Source of the DNA: the human T2T-CHM13v2.0 reference genome, Homo sapiens | Direction: 5' to 3' (one strand) | Assembly: GCF_009914755.1 (NCBI RefSeq) | Contig: NC_060933.1 | DNA length: 64,000 nt | The notes under the pieces: model-generated | What the model was told of the DNA's origin: nothing | What the model saw: only the letters and a program-made list of their open reading frames with translations | The model's database searches: none | Made by a program: the position numbers and the translations under genes | Part shown: in pieces, positions 34,951-48,900 of the stretch | Layout of the letters: each line of letters opens with the position of its first letter | How positions within the stretch are numbered: position 1 is the stretch's first letter

Positions 34951-35773
34951 TTTAAAGATAAGACAGCAATAGCCAAGTGGGTTTCATACCAGGGATGCAG
35001 GGATATACAAGTCAATAAATGTGATATTATGCCCAGTAAACAGAATTAAAAACAAAAATCATATTATTATCCCAATCAATGCAGAAAAAGCATTTGACAA
35101 AATTCAGCATTGCTTTATGATTAAAACCCTCAGAAAAATTGGCATGGAAGGGACATACCTCAAGGTAATAAAAGCTATCTATGACAAACCGACAGCTAAC
35201 ATACTCAACAGGGAAAAGTTGAAAGCATTCCCCCTGAGAACTGGAACAAGCCAAGGATGCTCACTTTCACCACTTCTATTCAACATAGTACTGGAAGTCC
35301 TAGCCAGAGCAATCAGACATGAGAAAGAAATAAAGGGCATCCAAATCAGTAAAGAGGAAGTCAAACTGTTGCAGTTCACTGATGATAAGATTGTATACCT
35401 AGAAAACTCTGAAGACTCATCCAAAAGGCTCCTAGATTGGATAAATGAATTCAGTAAAGTTTCAGGATACAAAAATCAATGTTCATAAGTCAGTAACACC
35501 ACTATATACCAACAACGACCAAGCTGAGAAACAAATCAAGAACTCAATCCCTTTTACAACAGCTGCCATATATATATATATATAAAATATATTAATTATA
35601 TATATGTATAATATATATATTATATATATTCAGCATCGCTTTATGATTAAAACCCTCAGAAAAATTGGCATGGAAGGGACATACCTCATGGTAATAAAAA
35701 CTATCTATGACATATATATATATATACACACACATATATCCAAGGAGGTAAAAGACCTCTACAAGGAAAACTA

Positions 35774-36008
<235 letters not shown>

Positions 36009-36067
<59 letters not shown>

Positions 36068-36135
36068 TACACACACACACACACATGCACACACACACGC
36101 ACACACACACACACACATATATATACGTATATATA
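36009..36135. repeat. Compound (AT)n(AC)n microsatellite
   Basis: Directly visible. Confidence 0.95.
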
Positions 36136-37580
36136 CAAATGGAAACATGACAAAACTCATGGATGGGTAGAATCAATATTGTGAAAACGCCCATACTATC
36201 AAAAGCAATCTACATATTCAGTGCAACTCCCATCAAAGTACCATCATCATTCTTCACAGAACTAGAAAAAAAATTCTAAAATTCATATGGAACCAAAAAG
36301 GACCCCACATAGCCAAAGCAAGACTAAGCAAAAAAAATCTGGAGGCATCGCATTAACTGACTTCAAACTATCCTACAAGATTTATACCAGTACCATAACA
36401 GCATGATACCAATATAAAAGCAGGCACATAGATCAATGGAACAGAACAGAGAACCCAGAAATAAAGCCAAATACAACCAACTGATCTTCAACAAAGAAAG
36501 CAAAAACGCAAATTGGGAAGGGGCACCCTATTCAACAAATGGTGCTGAGATAACCGGCTAGTCACATACAGAAGAATGAACCTGGATCCTCATCTCTCAC
36601 CTTATACAGACATCAACTCAAGATGGATCAAAGACTTAAATGTAAGACCTGAAACCACAAAAACTTTAGAAGATAACATTGGAAAAACTCTTCTAAACAC
36701 TGGCTTAGGCAAAGATTTTAAGACCAAAAACCCAAAAGCAAATCTAACAAAAACAAAAATAAACAGATATTACCTAATTAAATTAAAACACTTCGGCACA
36801 GCAAAATAAATAATCAGCAGTGTAAACAGACACCTCACCGAATGGGAGAAAATATTCACAAACTATGCGTCCTACAGAATCTACAAGGAACTCAAATCAG
36901 CAAGAAAAAGAGAAATAATCCCATCAAAAAGTGGGCAAAGAACATGAATAGACAGTTCTCAAAAGAAGATAACGAAATGACTAACACATGAAAAAAAATG
37001 CTCAACATCACTAATTATCAGGGAAATGCAAATTAAAACCACAATGAAATACCACCTTACTTCTGCAAGACTGGCCATAATTTAAAAAGTCAAAAAATAG
37101 TAGATGTTTGCATGGATGTGATGAAAAGGGCACTTTTACACTGATGGTGGGAATATAAACTAGTACATCCACTGTGGAAAACTTTATGGAGATTCCTTAA
37201 AGAACTAAAAGTAAAACTACCATTTGATCCAGCAGTCCCACTATTGAGTATCTACCCAGAAGAAAAGAAGTCATCATATGAAAAAGCCACTTGCATCTGC
37301 TTGTTTATAGGAGCAGAATTCACAATTGCAAAAATATGGAACCAGCCTAAATGCCCCTCGACTGACAAGTGGATAAAGAAAATGTGATATATTTACACCA
37401 TGGACTACTACTCAGCCATAAAAAGGAATGAAGTAATGGCATTTGCAGCAATTTGTACGGGAGTTGGAGAACATTATTCCAAGTGAAGTAACTCAGGAAT
37501 GGGAAACCAAATATCATATGTTCTCACTTATAAGGGTTTGCTAAGCTATGAGGACGCAAAGGCATAAGAATGATATAATG

Positions 37581-37999
<419 letters not shown>

Positions 38000-38077
38000 T
38001 CACCACTAAAGAACTTATCCGTGTAACAAAAAATGACCTGTTCCCCAAAAACTATTGAAATTTTTAAAAATGTAAAC

Positions 38078-38226
38078 GTTAGCCATGCGTGTTGATGTAC
38101 ACCTGTAGTCCCAACTACTTAGGAAGCTGTGGCAGGAGTATCTCTTGAGCGTTGGAGGTCAAGGCTACAGTGAGCTATGATTGCACCACTGAACTTCACC
38201 CTGGGCAACAAAGTGAGACCCTGTCT

Positions 38227-38270
<44 letters not shown>
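38078..38270 (+). mobile_element. Alu right monomer (FRAM/AluJ) with (CA)n tail
   Basis: ttagccatgcgtg...gagaccctgtctc followed by (CA)n. Confidence 0.85.
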
Positions 38271-38274
<4 letters not shown>

Positions 38275-38354
38275 GGTTTTGTCCTGGTACCTGATTATTA
38301 TAATTTGAAGCAGAAATTATTTTGTTTAGATTTTTTAATATTAAGAAGCATCTC

Positions 38355-38664
<310 letters not shown>

Positions 38665-39274
38665 CTACTCACGATTGAACTATACAATTAAAAGGTCACA
38701 CCTTTGTTTCATCATGGTAGGCAAGGTAAATATTAAAAAAGAAAATGGCTGTCCATAAAAGGGATCTGGTGACAGAGGATAGCCTCTCCCAGGGTAACAG
38801 GCATCCAGGACTCCACTCCATCAACGATTTCTAAAACAAAGGTTGTGAGCAAGTGCTAGGATGAGACGTGTGATTAAGTTTCTGAGCTGACAGCAAATTT
38901 AAAAGATGCCCTCCCAGCTCCTGGCTGCGGCCCATCCTCCCTCTAAGGTGCACAACTCCATTATGCTTTTAACTGATGACACTACCTCTTGGCCATTACC
39001 ACCTCCCACCAGATCCCATTCACTTTGTTTTACCAGGGAAAGATCTGCTCCAGCTAATGCTTTATCCTTCACAGTGATTTTCTTTGACTTTATAGAAAGG
39101 GAGAGCCATTTGGTCAAGAGGCTGCCCATCAGATCCTGTGTCCTTCTGCACTGCTAATATCTATCTGTGGCCCTGCTTTAAAACCCAAATACGAACATCT
39201 CTTCCATGAAGCCCTTCCTGATTGCCAGTGCCCTCAACAGTGGGATAAACTGCCAGGCATCTTGGAGATCTAGA

Positions 39275-39440
39275 CCCGTGGTTCTCAATCCCGACTTCCC
39301 CCGGCCTCCTGAGAAGCTTTTAATAGGTGCATCAGCCCTGGATTCTTACCAGTAGGTCTGAGAGGGAGGCTTAGCGCTTGTGTTCTTTTAATAGTGTGCA
39401 CAGGGTTGACGGGAAACACACACACACTGTGCAGAACCAT
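39275..39440. mobile_element. MER5A-like hAT MITE
   Basis: gtggttctcaa...gagaagcttttaa...cagtaggtctg. Confidence 0.55.
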
Positions 39441-39452
39441 TCCACGAGGCTG

Positions 39453-40548
39453 TGTGTCCGGAATTGGTTCCCTCCAATGGGTTCCTGGTGCCGCTGACTT
39501 CAAGAATGAAGCCGCGGACCCTCGCAGTGTTACACTTCTTAAAGACGGTGTGTCCAGAGTTTGTTCCTTCAGATGTTCAGATGTGTCAGGAGTTTCTTCC
39601 TTCTACTGGGTTCGTGGTCTATGCACGACTTCATGAGTGAAGCCGCAGACCTTTGCAGTGAGCGTTACAGCTCTTAAAGGTGGTGCGTCCGGAGTTGTTT
39701 GTTCCTCCCGGTGGGTTCGTGGTCTGGCTGACTTCAGGGGTGAAGCCGCAGACCTTCACAGTGAGTCTTATAGCTCTTAAAGCCACAGTGAGTCTTATGG
39801 CGGCTCCAGAGTTGTTTGTTTCTCATGGTGGGTTCCTGGTCTGGCTGGCTTCAGGAGTGAAGCTGCAAACCTTCACCATGAGTGTTACAGCTCATAAAGG
39901 TAGTGTGGACCTAAAAAGTGAGCAGCAGCAAGATTTATTGCAAAAGGGGAAAGAACAAATCTCCCACAATGTGGGAGGGGACCCGAACGGGGAAGCTGGC
40001 CGCGATGGCCAGCCTTTATTCCCTTATTGGCCCCACCTGCATCCTGCTGATTGGTCCATTTTACAGAGTGCTGATTGGTCCATTTTACAGAGTGCTGATT
40101 GGTCCGTTTTTACAGAGTGCTGATTGGTGTGTTTACAAACCTTTAGCTAGACACAGAGTGCTGATTGGTGCATTTACAGTCCTTTAGCTAGACAGAAAAG
40201 TTCTCCAAGTCCCCACCAATTAGCTGGACACAGAGCACTGATTGGTGCATTTTTACAGAGTGCTGATTGGTGTGTTTACAAACCTTTAGCTAGACACAGA
40301 GCGCTGATTGATGCTTTTACAATCCTTTAGCTAGACAGAAAAGTTCTCCAAGTCCCCACCAATTAGCTGGACACAGAGCACTGATTGGTGTATTTTCACA
40401 GAGTGCTGATTGGTGTGTTTACAAACCTTTAGCTAGACACAGAGCGTAGACACAGAGCGCTGATTGATGCTTTTACAATCCTTTAGCTAGACAGAAAAGT
40501 TCTCCAAGTCCCCATCAGACCCAGAAGCCCAGCCAGCTTCACCTCTCA
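39453..40548 (-). mobile_element. Solo LTR12-family (ERV9) LTR
   Basis: Minus strand begins TGAGAGGTGAAGCTGGCTGGGCTTCTGGGTC and ends GGAACCAATTCCGGACACA. It has tandem CCAAT-containing U3 repeats and GAAGGTCTGCGGCTTCAC-type U5 repeats. Confidence 0.93.
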
Positions 40549-40899
40549 GTAGCTTACAGAAGAGGACCCCGCTGCCACAGCACAATACCACAAAGAAAGT
40601 CATGCGCTCCTCAGCAGGAAGCCCCCTTCTCCGGGACAGGGACTTTGTTTCCTTCTCAGCTCTATTGCCAGCACCTAGAACTGTGCCCACCTGTCAGATC
40701 TGTTATCAGATGGGAACGTGGCAGATTTGTTGAATGAATGAAGGAATGAATGAACTATGTGACACTCAAACTTAGCCACCAAACTTAAACTAGAAAAACT
40801 GGGTTGTGGTCCCTGATGGACCGTTGGTGCCTTCTTCCTTTGCTGGACGGTGATCTGTGGCTGTTTCTCCGGTGTGTTCGCAGTGGTTGCCTGGCTTGG

Positions 40900-41990
40900 T
40901 AACAAACACTCTTCAGAGCCACAGCCTGTGCTCGGGCTCCTCGCCGCCTCCCAGGCCCTGCGATCTCTTTGCATCCCAGGAGGTCCCGGTTGGTTGCAGT
41001 CCTCCTGGGTGACTCAGGAACCAGCCTCTCCTGAAGCACACAGCCTAGGGAGTTCCTGGGGCCAGAGACATCTCCAAGGGAAGGTCAAGGGCCTGGAGGA
41101 TGTGCGGACCTGACGACAGATGCCCCGCACGCTGGCCGGGACCGGGAAGGGCGGTCAAGTGTGGAAAGGGTCTGGCGGCTGCCAGGCCTGGCAGAGTGGA
41201 GCGGGGCGGGGCGCAGCGGGGCGGGGCGGGCCTGGAGCTGCACCCGCTTCTGGGTGGACGCACTTGGCGAGCGGCGCGGGATGCAGACGGCTGCGAGGCG
41301 CTGGGCACAGGTCAGACGTCAGTACCCGCAGGTGGCTTGAAACTGGAGGAGGGCTCGAAGGGAGAGGGAGCCCCGCCAAGGAGCGGGGCTGTGATGGAGA
41401 GGGGGTTCCGACTCGCATGGGACCTGCGGGGGAGGGTACGCGGACAGGGAGGGGATACCGACTGGGAGGGGCTCAGGGACAGGGATGGAGGCTCCTCTAG
41501 GGGAGGACGGGAGGGGATGGAGGGCCCTGGTGTCGCAGAAGCCCACCTGGGGCCCCCTCCGGGCTGCGGCACCGATGCGCACACTACTCCCACCGCCCCC
41601 GAGTGCCTATGTCCGGCTGGCCGCGGCCCTGGAATGAATATTGCTCAGTCCCCCGCGAGTCAGGTCTGCCGCGTTGCAGGGTGAGGGGAAGGTGTGAAGC
41701 CCCGGGCCTCCGTCTGCCCCGTGAGTCCGGGAACGCGCGCCCCCGTGGATGCCACCTGGCCCCTGAGCTGTGTCCAGTCACAGCTCACATAGCTCTGGGC
41801 ACTGGTACCCCGACTGCCTTTCCTTGTTAGCTGCGATACACAAATACATGAGCCAGATCCTTTCCTGAGGCCAGGAAGCCTGGAATCTAATAACATTGGG
41901 CGGTGGATAAAGTCCCCCGATCCAGTGCTTAGCTTCCGTTAATGGAGCCATGGATGGAAGCGGATGTCAGGCGCAGTGGGGGAGAAATTT
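40900..41990 (+). promoter_or_regulatory. TMEM45B: CpG-island promoter with clustered GC boxes (Sp/KLF), TATA-less
   Basis: Dense CpG and high GC against a CpG-depleted background. GGGGCGGGG boxes at 41203-41230 lie just upstream of an exon ending in CAG|GT. Gene name is from recalled mRNA 5' sequence. Confidence 0.85.
41260..41310 (+). other. TMEM45B: First (5'UTR) exon; splice donor CAG|GTCAGA at 41310/41311; TSS approximate
   Basis: GCACTTGGCGAGCGGCGCGGGATGCAGACGGCTGCGAGGCGCTGGGCACAG matches my recollection of the TMEM45B mRNA 5' end. It lies ~30 bp downstream of the GC boxes and is followed by GT. Confidence 0.72.
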
Positions 41991-43499
41991 GCGGGGGTGG
42001 CCCTGTCTAGGGCCAGAGAAACAACCTCTGAAGCTTAGATCCAGCCCTAGAGGGAAGAAAGATGTGAGTTTCAGCCAGGGAAACCTAGCACTTTAAGAAA
42101 TAGAAACCCTTTCAAAATTTGAGGGCAGGTAGCTCTCCTAAAAGTTGCAGAAATGGCCACTTCTTTCACGTTCTCTTCGACTGCTTTCTGCCGTGTCTGC
42201 CGTTTTCCTCCTCCCGCACCTTTTTGTCTCCTAGGGTGGCATAGCCTTCCAAACAGATCTGCCTACAGCATTTTACCTGCAATTTTACACTGATTTTATA
42301 GAAAGGATGGCTTATTGTTCATGAGAAACGTGTACTGTTTTTAACCAGATGTGTTATATTTTCAGTATAACCTGGGTGTTGTGCAGTGGGAAATTACGGA
42401 AAGAATCAGGACACGTGGTTAGGTAGGGGCCCAGTGGCGTCAGACTTAGCTCTTCGTGACTGCGAGCTTCTTGGTTTAATAAGGATATTGGCTCGCTCTG
42501 TTCCTGGGGTTTCTGGGAAAAGATATGGAACTGAAATGAAGGTTTCATTGAATATGGCCCACTGATTTTACAAGCAGAGGTGCCTGAGATAAGCAAAAGG
42601 TGAGGCATGACCTCTGGCTGTGCATTATTTGTTCTGATATTACAGGAGCCAAGCATTCCACTTCCTTCTTTTTAAAGAGCTTTGATTTCCTCTCACATCT
42701 TCATGAAGAAGGAAACAGTGCCCCCACTTACTTATCCTCAGGCCACACCTGTTCCCATTTATTCCGTGAGTTCCTCCCGCACCCTTCTGGTTGATGTTGG
42801 TTGTGATGGCCGAGGCGAAGTTATTGAATCTCACATTTGGCACCAGTTGTTTCTGTTTCTCATCTCCCCCCTACCTTCAGTTAAACATCAGCTGCTATAC
42901 TTAGCTGTTCAAAGTACAGATGTTAACTGTGTTGGGTGTGATCAAAAGATTATCTCTTTTCCTCAAATGTAAAATGGGTGAGGACAGTTTCACCACACAG
43001 AGTCACTCCCCTAGCCAAAGTCCTTGCTATTGCAAAACATTTTATTGTAAGAGAATTAAAGTCACTAGTGTGTCAACTAGTGGTACTTATAGACACATTC
43101 CATATTTGTTTGTGTAGACAGATCATAAGACAAACACTAGATTATTCCCAGTATGAGACCATACTGAATATGAACAATTAGAGGCCACAGGTGAGTGCTG
43201 TCCTCCTCACACTTTCTTTGAACTCTTAAGCTTCTACCCTTTTAACCAGCCAGCCCTCTCCCCGAAACCTTCACTGAGGCTAGAAACAAACACAAAGAGA
43301 CTATCTGAATTTTAGCGAATTTTATCTCTCTTTTCTGTTCTCTTGTGTAAAAACTAAATGACCACAAACTACACCGCTGGAGGAAAAAGGAAAGCTAAAA
43401 GGTCTATCAGCCTTCTGTATGTGATGCAGAGTTCAACTGAATATAGCAAGGTACACACCTGCATTCTCCTTGCCAGGACTTAGATATCATAAGCCATTA

Positions 43500-43710
43500 T
43501 CTTGCTGGTTGTTGAAATCGTAATGGGGCTTTATAGAGCACAAGGCGATGTTTGTAAACAGCACTGTTCAGGCAAGATTAGAATCCGTATTTCAAAAATG
43601 AGGAGATGGAAACAGAGATATTGTGTATGTGGTCCAGGGTTAGCCAGGAATTAAATGGCAGAGCCGGAGCTCAAACCAGCATTCCTTCCAGAATACCACA
43701 GCTGCCTCTG
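43500..43710 (-). mobile_element. MIR
   Basis: aaatgaggagatggaaacagaga...ccagggttagccaggaattaaatggcagagccggagctcaaacc. Confidence 0.7.
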
Positions 43711-44614
43711 GAGTGGTTTTTGTTGTTCTTGTTGAATTTTGTGATGGAAGATTGTGATTTGTTTTTCCTGAACACTTAATATGTTTTCTGACTTGAACTG
43801 TCAGAATCTAAATTTAGAAACTCTCGTTTGGTATATTTCATGTCCATCTTTGTTCCATATAATTACAAAAATATCTTAGAGCTGGGTATAACCTTAAAGA
43901 TTGTCAAGTCCAATCTTGTGGTTTTTCAAAGAAAAAAAACGGATTTAAAAAAATAAAGCAAGTACCTCATGTTGCTTCCCCAAATCTACTCCATTGGAGA
44001 ATTACAGCTAAAAGCAATGTTCAGATTATTGCTCCTTCTGTCATGTGGTCTCTTGAGAATTTGCCAAATGTATAAATCCAGTGACTTATTTTGATGTACT
44101 CTTTTGGTTTGAGGTCTGTGACAGCAAACATAACTTCCCTGAATCCCAGCCTGAAATGCCTATGTACCTTCTGTTCTAACTGTAGCCGTTATTATAGTGG
44201 CTAAAGTTCTAACTTCTGTTCTAACTGTTCTCCTGGTTCCATGACAAACAGAGCTTTACTTGTCTTATTCCTAGCACAGTGCCCATAGCAGGCATACATA
44301 AAATGTGGTCAGTATGTCAGATAAACATCTGAAAAAGTATGACATGTCATTAGAAGTTCATTCAGCTACAAGAACAGAAAACCCTACTACAACGGCTTAA
44401 ACAAGTAAGGAGTTTGTTTTTCTCAGAGAAGGAGAAGTCTGGAGGTGAGAAGCCTGAGGCTGGGAAAGGGGTTCCGATATGAACTCATCTGAGACAGGTT
44501 CCTTGTGTCTTCCCGCACCACCCTCCTTAGCATGGAGCTCTCATCCTCACTTCCCCAAGTTGCAGCAGAAAGACGGGCAGAGGCATGCTCCAGAAGAGTC
44601 TTGTCTTGTCTTGT

Positions 44615-44952
44615 CTTTTTTTTTCTTTTCTTTTCTCTCTTCTTTTCTTTTCTTTTCTCTCTCTGTCTCTCTCTCGTCTCTTTCTTTCTTTTGAGACGGA
44701 GTCTCGCTCAGTGGCACAATCTCAGCTCACTGCAACCTCCGCTTCCCAGGGTTCAAGTGATTCTCTTGCCTCAGCCTCCAAGTAGCTGGGATTACAGGCG
44801 TGCACCACCACGCCCAGCTAATTTTTGTATTTTTAGTAGAGACGGGGTTTCACCATGTTGGTCAGGCTGGTCTTGAACTCCTGACCTTGTGATCTGCCCC
44901 CCTCGGCCTCCCAAAGTGCTGAGATTACAGATGTGAGCCGCCGCGCCTGGCT
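44615..44952 (-). mobile_element. AluS with a CT-rich tail
   Basis: Alu reverse complement with a ~20-bp deletion near its 3' end. Confidence 0.9.
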
Positions 44953-45084
44953 TGTCCTTCTTTATAATAAATAATAATAATAATAGCTTTTCTGGTAGCC
45001 CACCCCAAAAGACTTCTTACATGTCATTGGCCAGAACCATATCACATACACACTATTAAAGGTGAGGGAACCTGAGAGAATCTA

Positions 45085-45440
<356 letters not shown>

Positions 45441-45829
45441 GGAATTTTGTTAATAAGGCAGGGGGGAGAATGAACATTGGGTAGGCAGCTAGCAGCATCT
45501 GCCATAGTGTGTTTTATGAGTCGTAGATCCTATCTCTAAATAGGTTGTTATTTGTTTTGGTTTTTTGTTTGTTTTACTAAAAAGCAATGGGTAATGCAGT
45601 GGGTCTAGAGGAACTTTTTTAAATGGTAGAGTGCAAGGACCACTCTGAGAACTGCTGATGATGTAGGTCTGGGCTGGGTCTATAAATCTCCATTCCGGAC
45701 GGGCACGCCAGGTCATCTGAGGGCAGGTGGTTGCGGGAATACATTTTGAGAAACACCGAATGTCGGGTAGTTTAGCAGAAGTGCCTTTATTTTATTTCCG
45801 TTAGCTTTTTGCCTCACTCCTCTTGAGGA

Positions 45830-47530
45830 TATTACTTTATTTTTTAATTTTCTACTTTGGTCAACATAAATCAATGTATAGCCTTAGAAGTCGTTCATTG
45901 TAGAAGGTTTTTATTGAGTTTATACTGAGTATAGAACCCTAGTGGCAATTACTTTCAATGCTTTGGGTTGTGTTTTTCTGATATTACCATATCCTAAATA
46001 GCATGCAAATACGGGCCATTTCTTCTTCTCTTTTCCAGTTCTGGGTAACATCTATTGACATCCTACCAAGAAGGATGACGGTTTGCTCCTTTACACCCCC
46101 ACCCTCCCTCTCACCTTCACATCCCTTTCTTTTAAGTTCCCAATACGGTTATATCCTAAATTTTTGATATGTCAATGTTTGGTGTGTATATTATTCCCAA
46201 CTAAGGCACATGACACACCATGATCTTTACATTCCCCTTCTTGACCAGTCTTTCCCCCCACCCCATGGAATGGGGTGTAGGAATTGCTACATTTTCTTTA
46301 GTTGTTTGTTTGAGAACTCATCTCCAAGAACTCATTTCCTGGAGCCAAGGAAACTCATGGGGGCCCTCTGAGTGCTACTAATTGCATGGAGCTGTTGAGT
46401 GGGGAGGAAAAGCCAGGCTGCCATCAAGAAGCATTTGGGGTAAATTTTCTAAGCACATCTGAAAAGACAGAGTCTAGAACCTCCACGGTCCCTGTCTGTT
46501 GTGATTTATTTTCTCATTCTAAATACATACATACATACGCACTTTTTTTTCTGTCTAGGCCATCTCTTGTGGAATACATATGTACTTTCATACCCAATTA
46601 TGTACAGTTTTTGTAATTTTACGCCTTTTTCTTAAAGAAGGCTCCCAAAAGTGTCTAAGATTCAGGCCCCATAAGAGGCGGTTGCTTTTTGAGCTTGTGC
46701 CCATTTAAGATGTCACTTTTCTTCCTTCACACTTGATTGCTGGTTTGGCTGGGTATGGGATATTAATCAGAAATCATTTCCTGTCCGAATTTTGAAAACA
46801 TTGCTCTATTTTATTCTATTTTCTTATGGTGCTGTTGAGAAGCTGATGCCATTCTAATTCCTGATCCCTTGTATTTTGTTTTAATCTCTGGGCATTTGTA
46901 GGGTTTTCTTTGTTGTTCATATTCTGATATTTCATGATGCTGTTATTTAATGTTGGGGTGGGGTTTTTTGGCAGGGAGATACAGGGAGGTATCAGTCACT
47001 GTCCTAGGTATTTTATAGGTCTTTTCAATCCAAAAATTACATTCTTCGGTTCTGAGTGGTTTTCTTCTGTTATATAATTTTCTCGTTCTTTCTTTCTGAA
47101 ACTTAAATTACTTAGACTGAATCTGAAAATGGGATCTCTTGGATTTGTCTTGTGATTTTATCTTTTTTATTTTAAAAAAATCCCATGTTTTTTAGTTCTA
47201 ATAAATCTTCCAACACTGCTATTAAATGTTTACATTCTACCATTACATTTTTAATTATCAGGAGCTTTTATTGGCGAGAGGTGTGGTCTTCTAAATGGTT
47301 TTTACAGTATCCTGTTCTCATTTCATGAATGCAGTATCTTCTCTTATTTCTCTGAGAATATTAACTCAGTACTTTTTCTACATTTTAAAAGTTTTCTTCA
47401 GCTACCTACAATGTCTGTGTCTATTTTCAAAGTGACTTTTAATGTTGCTTTTGGCCTGCCTTTCATGTTGGAAGTTTTATACATGTTTAGGGATGCTGTG
47501 CGTCATCTGTGAGCATGGTTTGTAAGTTGG
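45830..47530 (-). mobile_element. Old L1M/HAL1-like fragments
   Basis: T-rich strand; gctgttgagaagctgatgccattctaattcc and similar antisense ORF1-type segments. Confidence 0.55.
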
Positions 47531-48219
47531 CTGGCTTCATTGTAGGGTGGTTAGGCAGAGAAAGCCTTCTTGATGGCTTATCGCCTGTCTCTAGTGCTTT
47601 CTAGTACATATAATGGGTTTCTCTGTAGAAAGATCTCATTTCTAGCCATTTATTCCTGTTTGAGAAAAGTCACATAATAACTTAGATGTATTTATTATGT
47701 CATCTGCTTAACAGCAGAGGTTCTTGTTGTAAGGTGGATAGGTGGAGGTCTAGGATTCAAAATGGGAAATGTGTCCTTGACTCTGCCTCCACTTTGAAGT
47801 TGCTGATGTTCTCCACATTTTCTTTTCTATTGAAAAAGCTCTGAGATACCAAGGAATGAAAACTCTTTGAATACATGTACAACTAATTTACTTTTTGATA
47901 ACCATTTGCAAAATATCGATTATATTGGGAAAACATTTTTCTAATACCTCTAGAATTTGGGACAGAATTTCTGCCCTTGAAGGTAACCCTCCAAATCCAT
48001 GCAATTTTTCCCTTGTACAGCCCCACAGTGATCATCAAAACTTGGAGCAGATTCATCTTTTTTTTTTTTTTCCCTGGGAAAGGTTTAGATCACGTGAAGG
48101 GAACAGATACTACGTTTGATAGGAATGGTTCCTGCTTTAGCTTCCTAAGGCCTCTCACTTGGAAAGCCTGCCCATTAGACCCTGGATTTTTTGCTGTTAG
48201 CTTTTCCTTCTTAGGCGAC

Positions 48220-48900
48220 TTCAACAAAGACTGCAAACTCCCTGACAGCACGGGCCCAGGCTTGTCACCTCTGCAACTCCATCACCCAGAACAGTGCCTT
48301 ATGCATAATAGGCACTTGATAAATGTTAGTTGACTTAAATTGACCCTATTATCTGTTTTAAACTAGCCCTTCCTACCTGTCCCCTTGCTATTTCCTCTGT
48401 TTCTCTTACGTCTTTTTATGTCACCACCTCTTGGATGATGCTACCTCATTCTCAAATCTGATGGTATGGAATAGCTATAAGAAAACAAACTTGAAAGATA
48501 TCTAACTACTAGGACTCTAAGTCGAATTTCCAGGATTCAAAACTCCCATATCACCTTACCAAATATCTAATTATTTCTTAGGTTATCACCAACCACCCTG
48601 CATCGAGTCCCTCCTGAGCCACAGTTCAGTTTGGATTATTTTTTTCCTCATGTTCCATCCCTTGACTGTAGTGCCCTTCCCTTCCTTCCAGTGTCTTTGA
48701 TCGGCCTCTACTTTGATCCAGAGCTTCTCTTTGATCTGTTCTAATGGTCATTTTTCTGCCTCCTCCCCTACATTGATCTACAATCTGGCATATTTTATAC
48801 ATTATACAAAGCACATTGTTATGCTGATTTCAGAATACCTACCTGTCAATCAGACAGACATCTTTTCAAACCTAACTCAGACCCATGATGAAAGTCTCTC
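48220..48900 (+). mobile_element. L2 fragments
   Basis: cagaacagtgccttatgcataataggcacttgataaatgttagttga (3' end) plus a second fragment. Confidence 0.6.

Noticed and set aside
35021-35488. 155-aa RT-like ORF
   Set aside because: L1PB ORF2 fragment with a degenerate catalytic motif and a non-ATG start.
40040-40510. Regular repeat array superficially like a CRISPR array
   Set aside because: These are the tandem U3 units of LTR12. The spacers are not unique, there are no cas genes, and the DNA is primate.
41100-41684. 194-aa ORF over the CpG island
   Set aside because: Gly/Arg/Pro-rich composition reflects stop-poor GC-rich DNA. It begins upstream of the likely TSS and reads through the splice donor.
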